Source: a virus
Taxonomy: Duplodnaviria > Caudoviricetes
Virus record (IMG/VR): IMGVR_UViG_3300042352_000969
Location: 1 to 64,000 of that record
DNA length: 64,000 nucleotides
Strand: one strand, 5' to 3'
This document shows positions 49,786 through 58,532 of the stretch, piece by piece (the stretch's first letter is position 1; each line of letters opens with the position of its first letter). A model generated the notes under the pieces. It had not been told where the DNA came from. It made no database searches and saw only the letters and a list, made by a program, of their open reading frames with translations. The translations under genes were made by a program, and so were the position numbers.

Positions 49786-52700
49786 ATGCCTGTAATTACT
49801 GGTCAAAATTTAACGGATGATGCGCCTTTTTTAATATCTAATTTGATATTAAGTAACAAAAGCGATTTTACTTCTTTAAATTATTCGTTGTCTCCAGAAA
49901 GTTTTGGTTTACCTTTCGATTCAAAGTTTGTTTCTGGAAACATTGCTCAAAGCTCTTTAAATTTTTCTTTATCTATTGTTGATCCGTATAATAATAAAAC
50001 GATAACTAATTCTATAGTTTTATCGGATGTTTTTTCTGGTATTAAAGTTGATTTGTATACTCAAAATAGAGATTACGTAGGTAATCTAGTACAAAATACT
50101 AATAACACTCAAATACAAATAGATTCAAAATCTTTTTCTGATCTTATAGGCGGTTACACTGGTTTTGATAATCTTAATAATTTAAGAACGTTTTTCATTG
50201 ACTTTTCTACTTATGATTTAAATGGTAGTTCTGATGTTTATTATTTTTTAGCTAATTATCCTAAAGTAAATATAACGGGTTTTGATATAAAAAATTTAAA
50301 CCCCATTTCAGTAACTCCTTTAGTAGATGATTTCAAATTTTTAAAATCTGTTGATATTTACGCCGTTCCAAACCCAAGTGTAGTTCCTTTGTCTGGAACT
50401 TATGATTTTGCAAATAGTGGTATTTTTACTTCTGCTTTCAATTATGAATCGAATAGATATCAACAAACTTTTTCTATATCTCCACCTTCTTATATTGATA
50501 CTGATTTAAACATAACTTTGCCTTTTAATATTGTTGCGATTCCTAATGATTATTTATATACTGGAGCTTATTTTTTATCTTCAGGAATCAAGTCTTCTTA
50601 TTATAACACAGATTCTGTACCAGTATCAATTAATAACATTACTGGTTATATAAATTGTTCGCAGAATGTTTTTGATAAAAATTTAGACATACAAGCGATT
50701 GTTAAGTGGGACGCTATAAAAACAGATAATTCATTATCTTTTGAAACATATGTTTATGAAAATGGAGTGGATAATGCAAGTTATGTATTTGCTTCTAATA
50801 ATACTAACGTAGAAGCAATAAGTAAGATAAATTATGGTACTGGGCAGAATTTAATTCGCAATAAAGATCAATCAACTTACTATTCTGGAACTGAGCCTAT
50901 TTTTAAAACATATGGCGCTTCAGGAATTAGTTGGTCGGATCATACATTGTTTATAGATAATTACTTTTCTTTGCCATTGGGTTTGTACAATACTGGTAAA
51001 AAATTAAACTATGTAACAGAAGTAAGAATAGCGTCTGGGATTTCTAATTCCTCAGAGTTGTATTTTGTATATGGATATAATACCGGAAACGATGAATTTT
51101 TCATATTGCCAAGCGGCGGGTTGTATACAGGAAGTATTTATACAGGAACTTATTCAGGCTATCGTAAGTTTTCTAATTTAATTCCTGATTTAGAGTTTAC
51201 TTATTTAGGGGTATCTTATCCTGCTGTTGATCCAGGTGTTGGTAATTTAACGTCTGATATTTCTTTATCTTCTGATAATATTACTCAAATTTATCTTGAC
51301 GCTACAGACGACAATGGATTTAGTGTTGCAACTTGGTTGTCAAGTCTTTCAAGTTTCATTAAAATTTCAAAGAAAAATGATATTAGTGTTTATCAAATAT
51401 TAAACGTTGGTACTGACACAAATGAAGGCGGTTGGTTTACTTTAGATGTAACAAGTTTTAGAGATAATAATGCTGTGGGTTTTCAAGTTAATGATCAATT
51501 AATAATTTCTCATGTTAGACCCAGTATTGAACAAGTTGTAAATGAAACTGGTATTTTATTAGCATCGAGAATAACAGGCTCTTCTGATTTTGTATTTTCT
51601 CAATTTGAACCGTCAATTCAATTTCCAGTAAAACCAGATAAAAATTACGATGTAAAAGTTAGGGCTTCTTATCAAGACGGAAGCTACTCTGATTTTTCTG
51701 ATATTTTAAGATTTACAAAAAATCAAATACAAACAGAAGTATATAGAGTTTTTCCAAATAAATATGTTATTGATGGTCTAGGTGTTAGTGGATATATACC
51801 AAAATTCTCTGATTCAGATAGTTTAACAACAGGTACATTATATTATAGCGGTAGTAATAATTTAGTATTTACTGAATTGCCAACAACAACAACTTCAGAA
51901 AATTTATATAAATTAGTAGTTGAAGATAACATTGTAAAAAAACAATTAGATACAGGGAGCGGCACTTCTTTAATTGAAGAGTTTACTGTTGCTGCTCATG
52001 GTTTTATTGCCGGTGATGTTATTAGATTCGATGGAACAAATTATTTTAAAGCGCAAGCAGACAGCGCCGCACATGCAGAAGTATTGGGTGTTGTTAAGTC
52101 GGTAACTACAAATACTTTTAAAGTGGTGATAGATGGATTGATAACTGGTTTGTCGGGTTTGATTGCTGGAACTGTTTACTTTTTAAATACGACTACTTCT
52201 GGAACGTGGCAATCAGTTGAGCCGACAGCTTATGGTGAGATATCTAAGCCGATATTATTCGCGTTATCAGCTACAACTGCAAATGTGTTAACTTTTCGTG
52301 GTATTGAAATTTCTCCTGTAAGCGGAACTTCTGGTTCATCAGGAACAAGCGGATCAAGCGGATCAAGCGGATCAAGTGGAACAAGCGGATCATCAGGTAC
52401 AAGTGGATCATCGGGAACTAGTGGAACAGCAACACAGGCAAGCTCTTTAGCTAAATATAGTAATACCGCTCAAACCATACCTCCGAGTACAGATACTAAA
52501 GTAGATTGGAATACTGCTGATACTGCAAATAGCCAAGGATCTACTGGTTTAACTTTTACTTCATCAAATAAATTTACAAATAGTTCTGGAGCGTCTTGTA
52601 TTGTAAATGTTGATGGTTATATAAGTTGGGAACTCGGAGGAGCTTCTAATACTACAAGGTCAGTATTTATAGTTAAAAATGGAAACACAGCTTCTCTTCA

Positions 52701-54810
52701 AGGTAGATATTCTTATAATAGCGTATCGACTAATAATGAGTATACGGTAATAAATTTTAGTTCTACATTAACATTAGCGAACAATGATTATTTTGAAATA
52801 TATGTTTTTCATAACGATTCTTCTTCACAAGATATAAATGTAAGAAATGATTTTCCTGCTAGTAGAATTTTAATTACTAAAGTAGAAGGCGTAGAAGGTC
52901 CGTCTGGAACAAGTGGTTCTTCTGGAACAAGCGGTTCTTCTGGAACAAGCGGTTCTTCTGGAACAAGCGGTTCTTCTGGAACAAGTGGATCATCTGGATC
53001 AAGTGGTACTTCTGGATCAAGTGGCACTTCTGGATCAAGTGGTACTTCTGGATCAAGCGGTACTTCTGGATCAAGCGGTACGAGTGGATCATCTGGATCA
53101 AGTGGTACTTCTGGATCAAGTGGCACTTCTGGATCAAGCGGTACGAGTGGATCATCTGGATCAAGTGGTACTTCTGGATCAAGCGGTACGAGTGGATCAT
53201 CTGGATCAAGTGGTACTTCTGGATCAAGTGGTACTTCTGGATCAAGTGGCACTTCTGGATCAAGTGGCACTTCTGGATCAAGTGGTACTTCTGGATCAAG
53301 TGGTACTTCTGGATCAAGTGGTACGAGTGGATCATCTGGATCAAGTGGTACTTCTGGATCAAGTGGTACTTCTGGATCAAGTGGTACTTCTGGATCAAGT
53401 GGTACTTCTGGATCAAGTGGTACGAGTGGATCATCTGGATCAAGTGGTACTTCTGGATCAAGTGGTACTTCTGGATCAAGTGGCACTTCTGGATCAAGCG
53501 GTACGAGTGGATCATCTGGATCAAGTGGTACTTCTGGATCAAGTGGTACTTCTGGATCAAGTGGCACTTCTGGATCAAGTGGCACTTCTGGATCAAGTGG
53601 TACTTCTGGATCAAGTGGTACTTCTGGATCAAGTGGTACTTCTGGATCAAGTGGTACTTCTGGATCAAGTGGTACGAGTGGATCATCTGGATCAAGTGGC
53701 ACTTCTGGATCAAGTGGCACTTCTGGATCAAGTGGTACTTCTGGATCAAGTGGCACTTCTGGATCAAGTGGCACTTCTGGATCAAGTGGTACTTCTGGAT
53801 CAAGTGGTACTTCTGGATCAAGTGGTACTTCTGGATCAAGTGGTACTTCTGGATCAAGTGGTACTTCTGGATCAAGTGGTACGAGTGGATCAGACGGTAC
53901 TTCTGGATCAAGTGGTACTTCTGGATCAAGTGGTACTTCTGGATCAAGTGGTACTTCTGGATCAGGATCAAGTGGTACTTCTGGATCAAGTGGTACTTCT
54001 GGATCAAGTGGTACTTCTGGATCAAGTGGTACTTCTGGATCAAGTGGTACGAGTGGATCAAACGGTACTTCTGGATCAAGTGGAACAAGTGGATCTGGAC
54101 TTGGTAGTTCTGGCAGCATTGATTACATTTCTAAATACGATAGTTCTTCAAGCTTAACTAACTCTTCTATTTTTAACTCCTCTTCAGGAAATGTCGGAAT
54201 TGGCACTAACACTCCAACAAATACTCTTGAAATTTACTCTGGTGGAACAAAAAATTACGGTAGTAATGATATTGCTTATATTAACGCTAACGGAGAAACA
54301 TATTTTAAAAATACTGCAAGTGAGTCTTACATGTTTAGTAATCGGGCTATTTCATTTTATGCCCAATCAACACCGATGGTGTACATAAATAGCACAAAAG
54401 TTGGTATTGGAACTAGTACTCCAGGTTACATGTTAGATGTTGCTGGTCAATGCCATGCTAGTTGTTTTCCAACTTCATCTGATCTTCGTTTTAAAAAGAA
54501 CATAGTTCCATTACAAAACGCTTTAGAAAAGGTCTTAGCATTAAGAGGTGTTACATATGAATGGAATGAATTTATTCATTCTATACGTAGTGGATATGAT
54601 TTAAATGTTCCGGTTATAGGAATGATTGCTCAAGAAGTAGAAGAAATTATTCCTCAAATTGTTGGAACATGGAAATTGAATGATGAATTGACAGACGCAA
54701 GATCATTAGAATATCAAAGATTAGTTCCATATTTAATTGAAGCTATTAAAGAACAGCAAAAACAAATTGATCAATTAAAATTAGATGTAAAAACATTAAT
54801 GAACATATAA
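49786..54810 (+). CDS. Tail fibre with FN3-like region, Gly-X-Ser collagen-like stalk, C1q-like domain and C-terminal S74 chaperone
   Basis: KPDKNYDVKVRASY (FN3-like); HGFIAGDVIRFDG...EVLGVV; C1q-like block VNVDGYISW...IVKNG...LTLANNDYFEIYVFH; about 133 G-X-S triplets; FPTSSDLRFKKNI...GMIAQEVEEIIP...LEYQRLVPYLIEAIKEQQ. Confidence 0.85.
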   Translation: MPVITGQNLTDDAPFLISNLILSNKSDFTSLNYSLSPESFGLPFDSKFVSGNIAQSSLNFSLSIVDPYNNKTITNSIVLSDVFSGIKVDLYTQNRDYVGNLVQNTNNTQIQIDSKSFSDLIGGYTGFDNLNNLRTFFIDFSTYDLNGSSDVYYFLANYPKVNITGFDIKNLNPISVTPLVDDFKFLKSVDIYAVPNPSVVPLSGTYDFANSGIFTSAFNYESNRYQQTFSISPPSYIDTDLNITLPFNIVAIPNDYLYTGAYFLSSGIKSSYYNTDSVPVSINNITGYINCSQNVFDKNLDIQAIVKWDAIKTDNSLSFETYVYENGVDNASYVFASNNTNVEAISKINYGTGQNLIRNKDQSTYYSGTEPIFKTYGASGISWSDHTLFIDNYFSLPLGLYNTGKKLNYVTEVRIASGISNSSELYFVYGYNTGNDEFFILPSGGLYTGSIYTGTYSGYRKFSNLIPDLEFTYLGVSYPAVDPGVGNLTSDISLSSDNITQIYLDATDDNGFSVATWLSSLSSFIKISKKNDISVYQILNVGTDTNEGGWFTLDVTSFRDNNAVGFQVNDQLIISHVRPSIEQVVNETGILLASRITGSSDFVFSQFEPSIQFPVKPDKNYDVKVRASYQDGSYSDFSDILRFTKNQIQTEVYRVFPNKYVIDGLGVSGYIPKFSDSDSLTTGTLYYSGSNNLVFTELPTTTTSENLYKLVVEDNIVKKQLDTGSGTSLIEEFTVAAHGFIAGDVIRFDGTNYFKAQADSAAHAEVLGVVKSVTTNTFKVVIDGLITGLSGLIAGTVYFLNTTTSGTWQSVEPTAYGEISKPILFALSATTANVLTFRGIEISPVSGTSGSSGTSGSSGSSGSSGTSGSSGTSGSSGTSGTATQASSLAKYSNTAQTIPPSTDTKVDWNTADTANSQGSTGLTFTSSNKFTNSSGASCIVNVDGYISWELGGASNTTRSVFIVKNGNTASLQGRYSYNSVSTNNEYTVINFSSTLTLANNDYFEIYVFHNDSSSQDINVRNDFPASRILITKVEGVEGPSGTSGSSGTSGSSGTSGSSGTSGSSGTSGSSGSSGTSGSSGTSGSSGTSGSSGTSGSSGTSGSSGSSGTSGSSGTSGSSGTSGSSGSSGTSGSSGTSGSSGSSGTSGSSGTSGSSGTSGSSGTSGSSGTSGSSGTSGSSGTSGSSGSSGTSGSSGTSGSSGTSGSSGTSGSSGTSGSSGSSGTSGSSGTSGSSGTSGSSGTSGSSGSSGTSGSSGTSGSSGTSGSSGTSGSSGTSGSSGTSGSSGTSGSSGTSGSSGTSGSSGSSGTSGSSGTSGSSGTSGSSGTSGSSGTSGSSGTSGSSGTSGSSGTSGSSGTSGSSGTSGSSGTSGSDGTSGSSGTSGSSGTSGSSGTSGSGSSGTSGSSGTSGSSGTSGSSGTSGSSGTSGSNGTSGSSGTSGSGLGSSGSIDYISKYDSSSSLTNSSIFNSSSGNVGIGTNTPTNTLEIYSGGTKNYGSNDIAYINANGETYFKNTASESYMFSNRAISFYAQSTPMVYINSTKVGIGTSTPGYMLDVAGQCHASCFPTSSDLRFKKNIVPLQNALEKVLALRGVTYEWNEFIHSIRSGYDLNVPVIGMIAQEVEEIIPQIVGTWKLNDELTDARSLEYQRLVPYLIEAIKEQQKQIDQLKLDVKTLMNI
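52324..52431 (+). repeat. Short Gly-X-Y repeat (12 triplets)
   Basis: GTS GSS GTS GSS GSS GSS GTS GSS GTS GSS GTS GTA. Confidence 0.9.
52888..54090 (+). repeat. Long, highly homogenised 18-nt coding repeat (TCTGGATCAAGTGGTACT) encoding ~133 Gly-X-Y triplets
   Basis: Direct reading: 1203 nt, with one 2-aa interruption (GS) at about 53959-53964. Confidence 0.95.
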
Positions 54811-54817
54811 TATATTT

Positions 54818-55504
54818 GTGGCCGATATCTTTAATTCTTTTGATAAAATATACTGTATAAATCTGCCAACTAGAAAAGATAGATGGCAGAATTGCTTGCT
54901 TCAGTTTACAAAATATAATTTATTAAATAATGTAGAAAAATTTCATGGAATCATTTATAATTGTTTTTCTTTCAATAGGAAGCAAAATGCTCATTTAGGG
55001 TGTTGGTTTTCTCATTATAGTATTTTAAAACACGCTCAAGCTATGCGTTATAATAAAATATTAATATTAGAAGACGATTTTGTTTTTAATTTTGAGCCTG
55101 AAGATTTAAATTTAAAACTAACTTGTTGTATAAATGAATTGCCGCAAAATTGGGACTTGTTTTATTTGGGCGCTTATTTTGTTAAAGGTTATGATTATGA
55201 AGCCAAAACAAACTATTGTAAAAATTTATACAAAGCTAATACCGCTTTTTGTACTCATTCTATTTGTTACTCAAAATCAGGAATTGATAAAATGATACAG
55301 TGTATGGAAAAAGTTTTTTTAAATTCATCTTTTATGGTTTTGAATTACGAAAGTATTGGATGGTTTTATGTTAAAGAATTCTTGTACGAAAATAATTGTT
55401 ATGCTAGCAAAGACTTTTTATGCGGACAGATGAAAGACTTTTCAGATATAGAAGGTAGAGTGGTTGATTATAATGATTATTTTTTAAAAGGATACGCTTC
55501 GTAA
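54818..55504 (+). CDS. Glycosyltransferase family 25-like
   Basis: FDKIYCINLPTRKDRW, AHLGCWFSHYSIL, ILILEDDFVF, WDLFYLG, THSICYS; GTG start. Confidence 0.85.
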   Translation: MADIFNSFDKIYCINLPTRKDRWQNCLLQFTKYNLLNNVEKFHGIIYNCFSFNRKQNAHLGCWFSHYSILKHAQAMRYNKILILEDDFVFNFEPEDLNLKLTCCINELPQNWDLFYLGAYFVKGYDYEAKTNYCKNLYKANTAFCTHSICYSKSGIDKMIQCMEKVFLNSSFMVLNYESIGWFYVKEFLYENNCYASKDFLCGQMKDFSDIEGRVVDYNDYFLKGYAS

Positions 55505-55507
55505 CAA

Positions 55508-55513
55508 GTGTAA
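55508..55513 (+). promoter_or_regulatory. GTGTAA motif upstream of the second tube-like gene
   Basis: GTGTAA-8 nt-ATG. Confidence 0.45.
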
Positions 55514-55521
55514 TATTTTAT

Positions 55522-56625
55522 ATGCCGATTACTAGAAACAGAGTTATATATGCTGGAACTGATGTTTTAGTTTCTGATTCGCCGTCATGGACTGGGCAAA
55601 CAGGCGTTGCATCTTTAAAGTTGTTAAAAAGAATTCAATCAAGTAGCATATCTGTATCTAATCCAATCACTCGTCCAAAACAAATTGGTAGTTCTGATTT
55701 TGCATTTGAAAAATATATAACTATTCCAGAAATTGCTGTTGATTTAAAATATTTTGTTTCTGACAACTCTAATGAATTACTTTTAGGATTAAACGCTACT
55801 GGTAACGAATCATTCTTGAAAAACATGGCTGTTTCTGGTCAGGATAAAAATTTATTCTTTTTACTATCGGATACAAATTCTCAAGATGCCGACAGTTTAA
55901 CAGATATGGTTGGAAATGATGTTTTTGCGGTTGGCAATACTTTTTTAACTAATTATTCTTTATCTGCTCAAGTTGGATCTATTCCAACTGTTTCTGTTTC
56001 TTTTTCTTGTTTGAATGTGACTTTTCAAACTTATAATGGAACTGGAGCAAATGGAAGCGATGTTCCGGCAATTAATTTAACAAATGGAATAAAATCAACA
56101 GGAAAATATTTGCTTACTGGAGCGAACATGTCTCCATCAAATTATTTATCAAATCAAAATTCTAGACCATATGCTATTAGGCCAGGAGATGTAGTTCTTC
56201 AATTGCCCCAAACGTTTATGGGTGGTATTAGATATTCTGGGGATGTGCCAGCCACAATATCTTCTTTAGAAATCAACGTTCCAATAGAAAGAAAAGATTT
56301 ATTAGGTTTTGGTAGCAATTATCCATACGACAAAAGAATAATGTATCCATTAATTGGTACAGTAAGTTTTAATGGAATTTTTGATGAACCAGTAACAGGT
56401 GATTTTAGCAGCATCTTCAACAACGATACTGCTTATGATTTAACTTTTAATTTAAAAAATTATAATGGCGCAACTGGTTTAAGGGTAGAAATTTTAAACG
56501 CTAGAATAGATAGTCAGTCTTTTGATTTATCAATAGGAGATAATATGAATTTTCAATCTAGTTTTTCATTTAAGATTTTTGAAACAGATGGAATGAGAAT
56601 AAGTGGTGCGGCAAGGTTAATTTAA
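55522..56625 (+). CDS. Second tail tube-like protein (paralogue of 22245..23579)
   Basis: Shared motifs: RNRVIY, LLK(R/K)xxRIQ, P(E/T)(I/V)xxDxxY(F/Y)V, VG(S/A)IPT(V/A)SV, (I/L)RPGD(V/I)VL. Confidence 0.6.
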   Translation: MPITRNRVIYAGTDVLVSDSPSWTGQTGVASLKLLKRIQSSSISVSNPITRPKQIGSSDFAFEKYITIPEIAVDLKYFVSDNSNELLLGLNATGNESFLKNMAVSGQDKNLFFLLSDTNSQDADSLTDMVGNDVFAVGNTFLTNYSLSAQVGSIPTVSVSFSCLNVTFQTYNGTGANGSDVPAINLTNGIKSTGKYLLTGANMSPSNYLSNQNSRPYAIRPGDVVLQLPQTFMGGIRYSGDVPATISSLEINVPIERKDLLGFGSNYPYDKRIMYPLIGTVSFNGIFDEPVTGDFSSIFNNDTAYDLTFNLKNYNGATGLRVEILNARIDSQSFDLSIGDNMNFQSSFSFKIFETDGMRISGAARLI

Positions 56626-57014
56626 AATTCAATTGTTGCGCCTTTAGTTTCTATCTTTTTAGGCATATCTTTTAAATGCTTTTTACCATTTGTTTTCTTT
56701 TTGTAATCGTTAAAATATTTGCGCTTCAATGGATCTTCGCCACCAGCCAAAGCTGCTCTTCTATCAGAAAGTTCTGAAGAGTAGTCAAGAAGATCGCCGT
56801 ATTTTCCTGACATATTTCCTGTTTTATTTACAAATGCTTTATTATCGAACGGATCAACGACTTTAGCGTCTCCTAAATTTACTTGAGGTACGTCGTAAAT
56901 GCGTTCCCAGAAATTGTCATTACCGCTTTCTCCGCGATATGGCTTATAATCTTTCATAGACATAACTATATCTACGATTTTGCCAGTCTTTTTATTCTTA
57001 AATTGATAAACCAT
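56622..57014 (-). CDS. FmdB-like small protein lacking zinc-ribbon cysteines
   Basis: MVYQFKNKKTGKIVDIVMSMKD...WERIYDVP parallels the FmdB-family MPxYxYxCxxCG pattern without the Cys residues. Confidence 0.45.
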   Translation of the reverse strand: MVYQFKNKKTGKIVDIVMSMKDYKPYRGESGNDNFWERIYDVPQVNLGDAKVVDPFDNKAFVNKTGNMSGKYGDLLDYSSELSDRRAALAGGEDPLKRKYFNDYKKKTNGKKHLKDMPKKIETKGATIEF

Positions 57015-57034
57015 ATCTATTATATGATATGTAG

Positions 57035-57066
57035 AAAAAATTAAAGCGCGACTTTCATCGCGCTTT
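57035..57066 (-). terminator. Intrinsic terminator downstream of hsp20
   Basis: Minus strand reads AAAGCGCGA-TGAAAG-TCGCGCTTT-AA-TTTTTT. Confidence 0.75.
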
Positions 57067-57071
57067 GTTTG

Positions 57072-57350
57072 TTATTCTATTTCTATTTGTTTTTCCACTT
57101 TTTTAATTTGTGGAACTGTAATGGTTAATAGGCCGTTTTTCATCTTAGCTTTCGGATTATCAAAATCATATTTTGATCTTAGAAGATAATCTTCATAGCT
57201 AATTCTATACTTGTTATCATTAACGTTGATTGCTATGGAATAATCTTCCTTAAAGATTTTTACATCTTCTTTAGATTTTCCAGCGAGTTCGACGTTGAAT
57301 GTTAAACCGTCTTCTGTTACTTGATATTTATATGTTAATTTATTATACAT
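57072..57350 (-). CDS. Small heat shock protein (Hsp20/alpha-crystallin family)
   Basis: VELAGKSKEDVKI...IAIN, PKAKMKNGLLTITVPQ (AxxxNGLLxIxxP signature). Confidence 0.88.
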   Translation of the reverse strand: MYNKLTYKYQVTEDGLTFNVELAGKSKEDVKIFKEDYSIAINVNDNKYRISYEDYLLRSKYDFDNPKAKMKNGLLTITVPQIKKVEKQIEIE

Positions 57351-57365
57351 AGTTGTTTGTACTGT

Positions 57366-57381
57366 AGCAAGAATCGTGCCA
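57366..57381 (-). promoter_or_regulatory. Sigma-54 (RpoN) -24/-12 promoter of hsp20
   Basis: Minus strand TGGCACGATTCTTGCT is an exact match to the TGGCACG-N4-TTGCW consensus, 15 nt from the ATG. Confidence 0.8.
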
Positions 57382-57443
57382 ACTTTTTGCGGCGTTTAAA
57401 GCGCCATTAAAGACGCTTTAGAACGTTTATGACACATAACGCG

Positions 57444-58532
57444 TCACATCTGGCTACTTATGGCACACAGTATTGTCTCAACTGTTTTTTCATAAGTGAA
57501 TTGTTTTTGAAGTTTTAGTCCTTCTGGATTTGGTTTCTTAGCGTAAGAAACAGACTTTAGAATAGCGTTTTCCATTTCTTCATCAGTGATATCAAAGAAC
57601 TGGCCTTGATTAAAAGGCTGTCCTTTATTAAAAAATACTCCATCATAGCATTCCTTGAGGCTAGAAGGTTCTATAAGTATGCTGTTACTGCTGGTTGCCC
57701 AATCCTTGTGGGCTGTTGCATTAATAACGACACTCCATTTACCAAGCGCAGTAGCGTTGAATGATGGCAGATTCCAACCTTCCGCTCCACTCAATCCGCC
57801 AAGATCGATATCTATACTGTTTAGATAGTCATTGACTTCGCTGTTCGTTTGCATGTATGGGACAAAGTTTAAATTATTGTACTGTTTTCCTTCTAAAACT
57901 TTTAATAGTTCATTTTGGAATCTGGCTTTATCGAGGAAAGGATTGGTGATCGCGCAGCTAAGTTGATATTCTGGCTTGTTGCCGAAAAGCTTAAGCCAAG
58001 ACTTAATGATGCGAGCGGTATTTTTTCTGCTTTCAAACTTACCAAGAACTCCAAAATGGATTTTATCTTGAAGATAATTTTTATTGGTGATATGAAAATC
58101 ATTATCAAAACCCAATGGAACATAAGTTACGTTTTTAACCCCGTTTAATTCAAAAATATTTTTAGTATAATTTGAGCTTACAAATATTGAATCTTGCAAA
58201 CTTAAAAGGTTCTTTTCTATATTTGTAACTTCAGAAACTTCATGAAAAGTGAACAAAGACTGATTCTTTACATATCTAGTCTCGCTTCCAAAAACATGCC
58301 ATAACTTTAAAGAAGGCGTATTTCTGTCAATTTTTTCATATCTGCTATTAGTAGCTGATTGTAGATATTTAATGAATTCAGAATCAATCTTATCATAAGC
58401 TTCTAATTCAGCTTTGTCTCCGATAGGAAAAAAAACTAAATCTATGCTTTTTTTGTGCAATTCTCTAAGAATGTTTACAGATACATTACCGAAAGATAAT
58501 GCATTAATTGGAGCGTTGACTAATAATTTCAT
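57444..58532 (-). CDS. Glycosyltransferase family 4-like (GT-B)
   Basis: SFGNVSVNIL, VPLGFD, FGVLGKFESRKN, LSGAEGWNLPSFNATALGKWSVVINATAHKDW. Confidence 0.85.
   Translation of the reverse strand: MKLLVNAPINALSFGNVSVNILRELHKKSIDLVFFPIGDKAELEAYDKIDSEFIKYLQSATNSRYEKIDRNTPSLKLWHVFGSETRYVKNQSLFTFHEVSEVTNIEKNLLSLQDSIFVSSNYTKNIFELNGVKNVTYVPLGFDNDFHITNKNYLQDKIHFGVLGKFESRKNTARIIKSWLKLFGNKPEYQLSCAITNPFLDKARFQNELLKVLEGKQYNNLNFVPYMQTNSEVNDYLNSIDIDLGGLSGAEGWNLPSFNATALGKWSVVINATAHKDWATSSNSILIEPSSLKECYDGVFFNKGQPFNQGQFFDITDEEMENAILKSVSYAKKPNPEGLKLQKQFTYEKTVETILCAISSQM

Noticed and set aside
52888-54090. Possible CRISPR array
   Set aside because: These are contiguous tandem repeats with no unique spacers, inside a coding region, and no cas genes are present.
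52809-54157. Three long overlapping ORFs (PLDPEV, HLIQKY and VVLLDQ repeats) on both strands
   Set aside because: The 18-nt unit has no stop codon in these frames, so they are open only across the repeat; the in-frame fibre gene explains the sequence.
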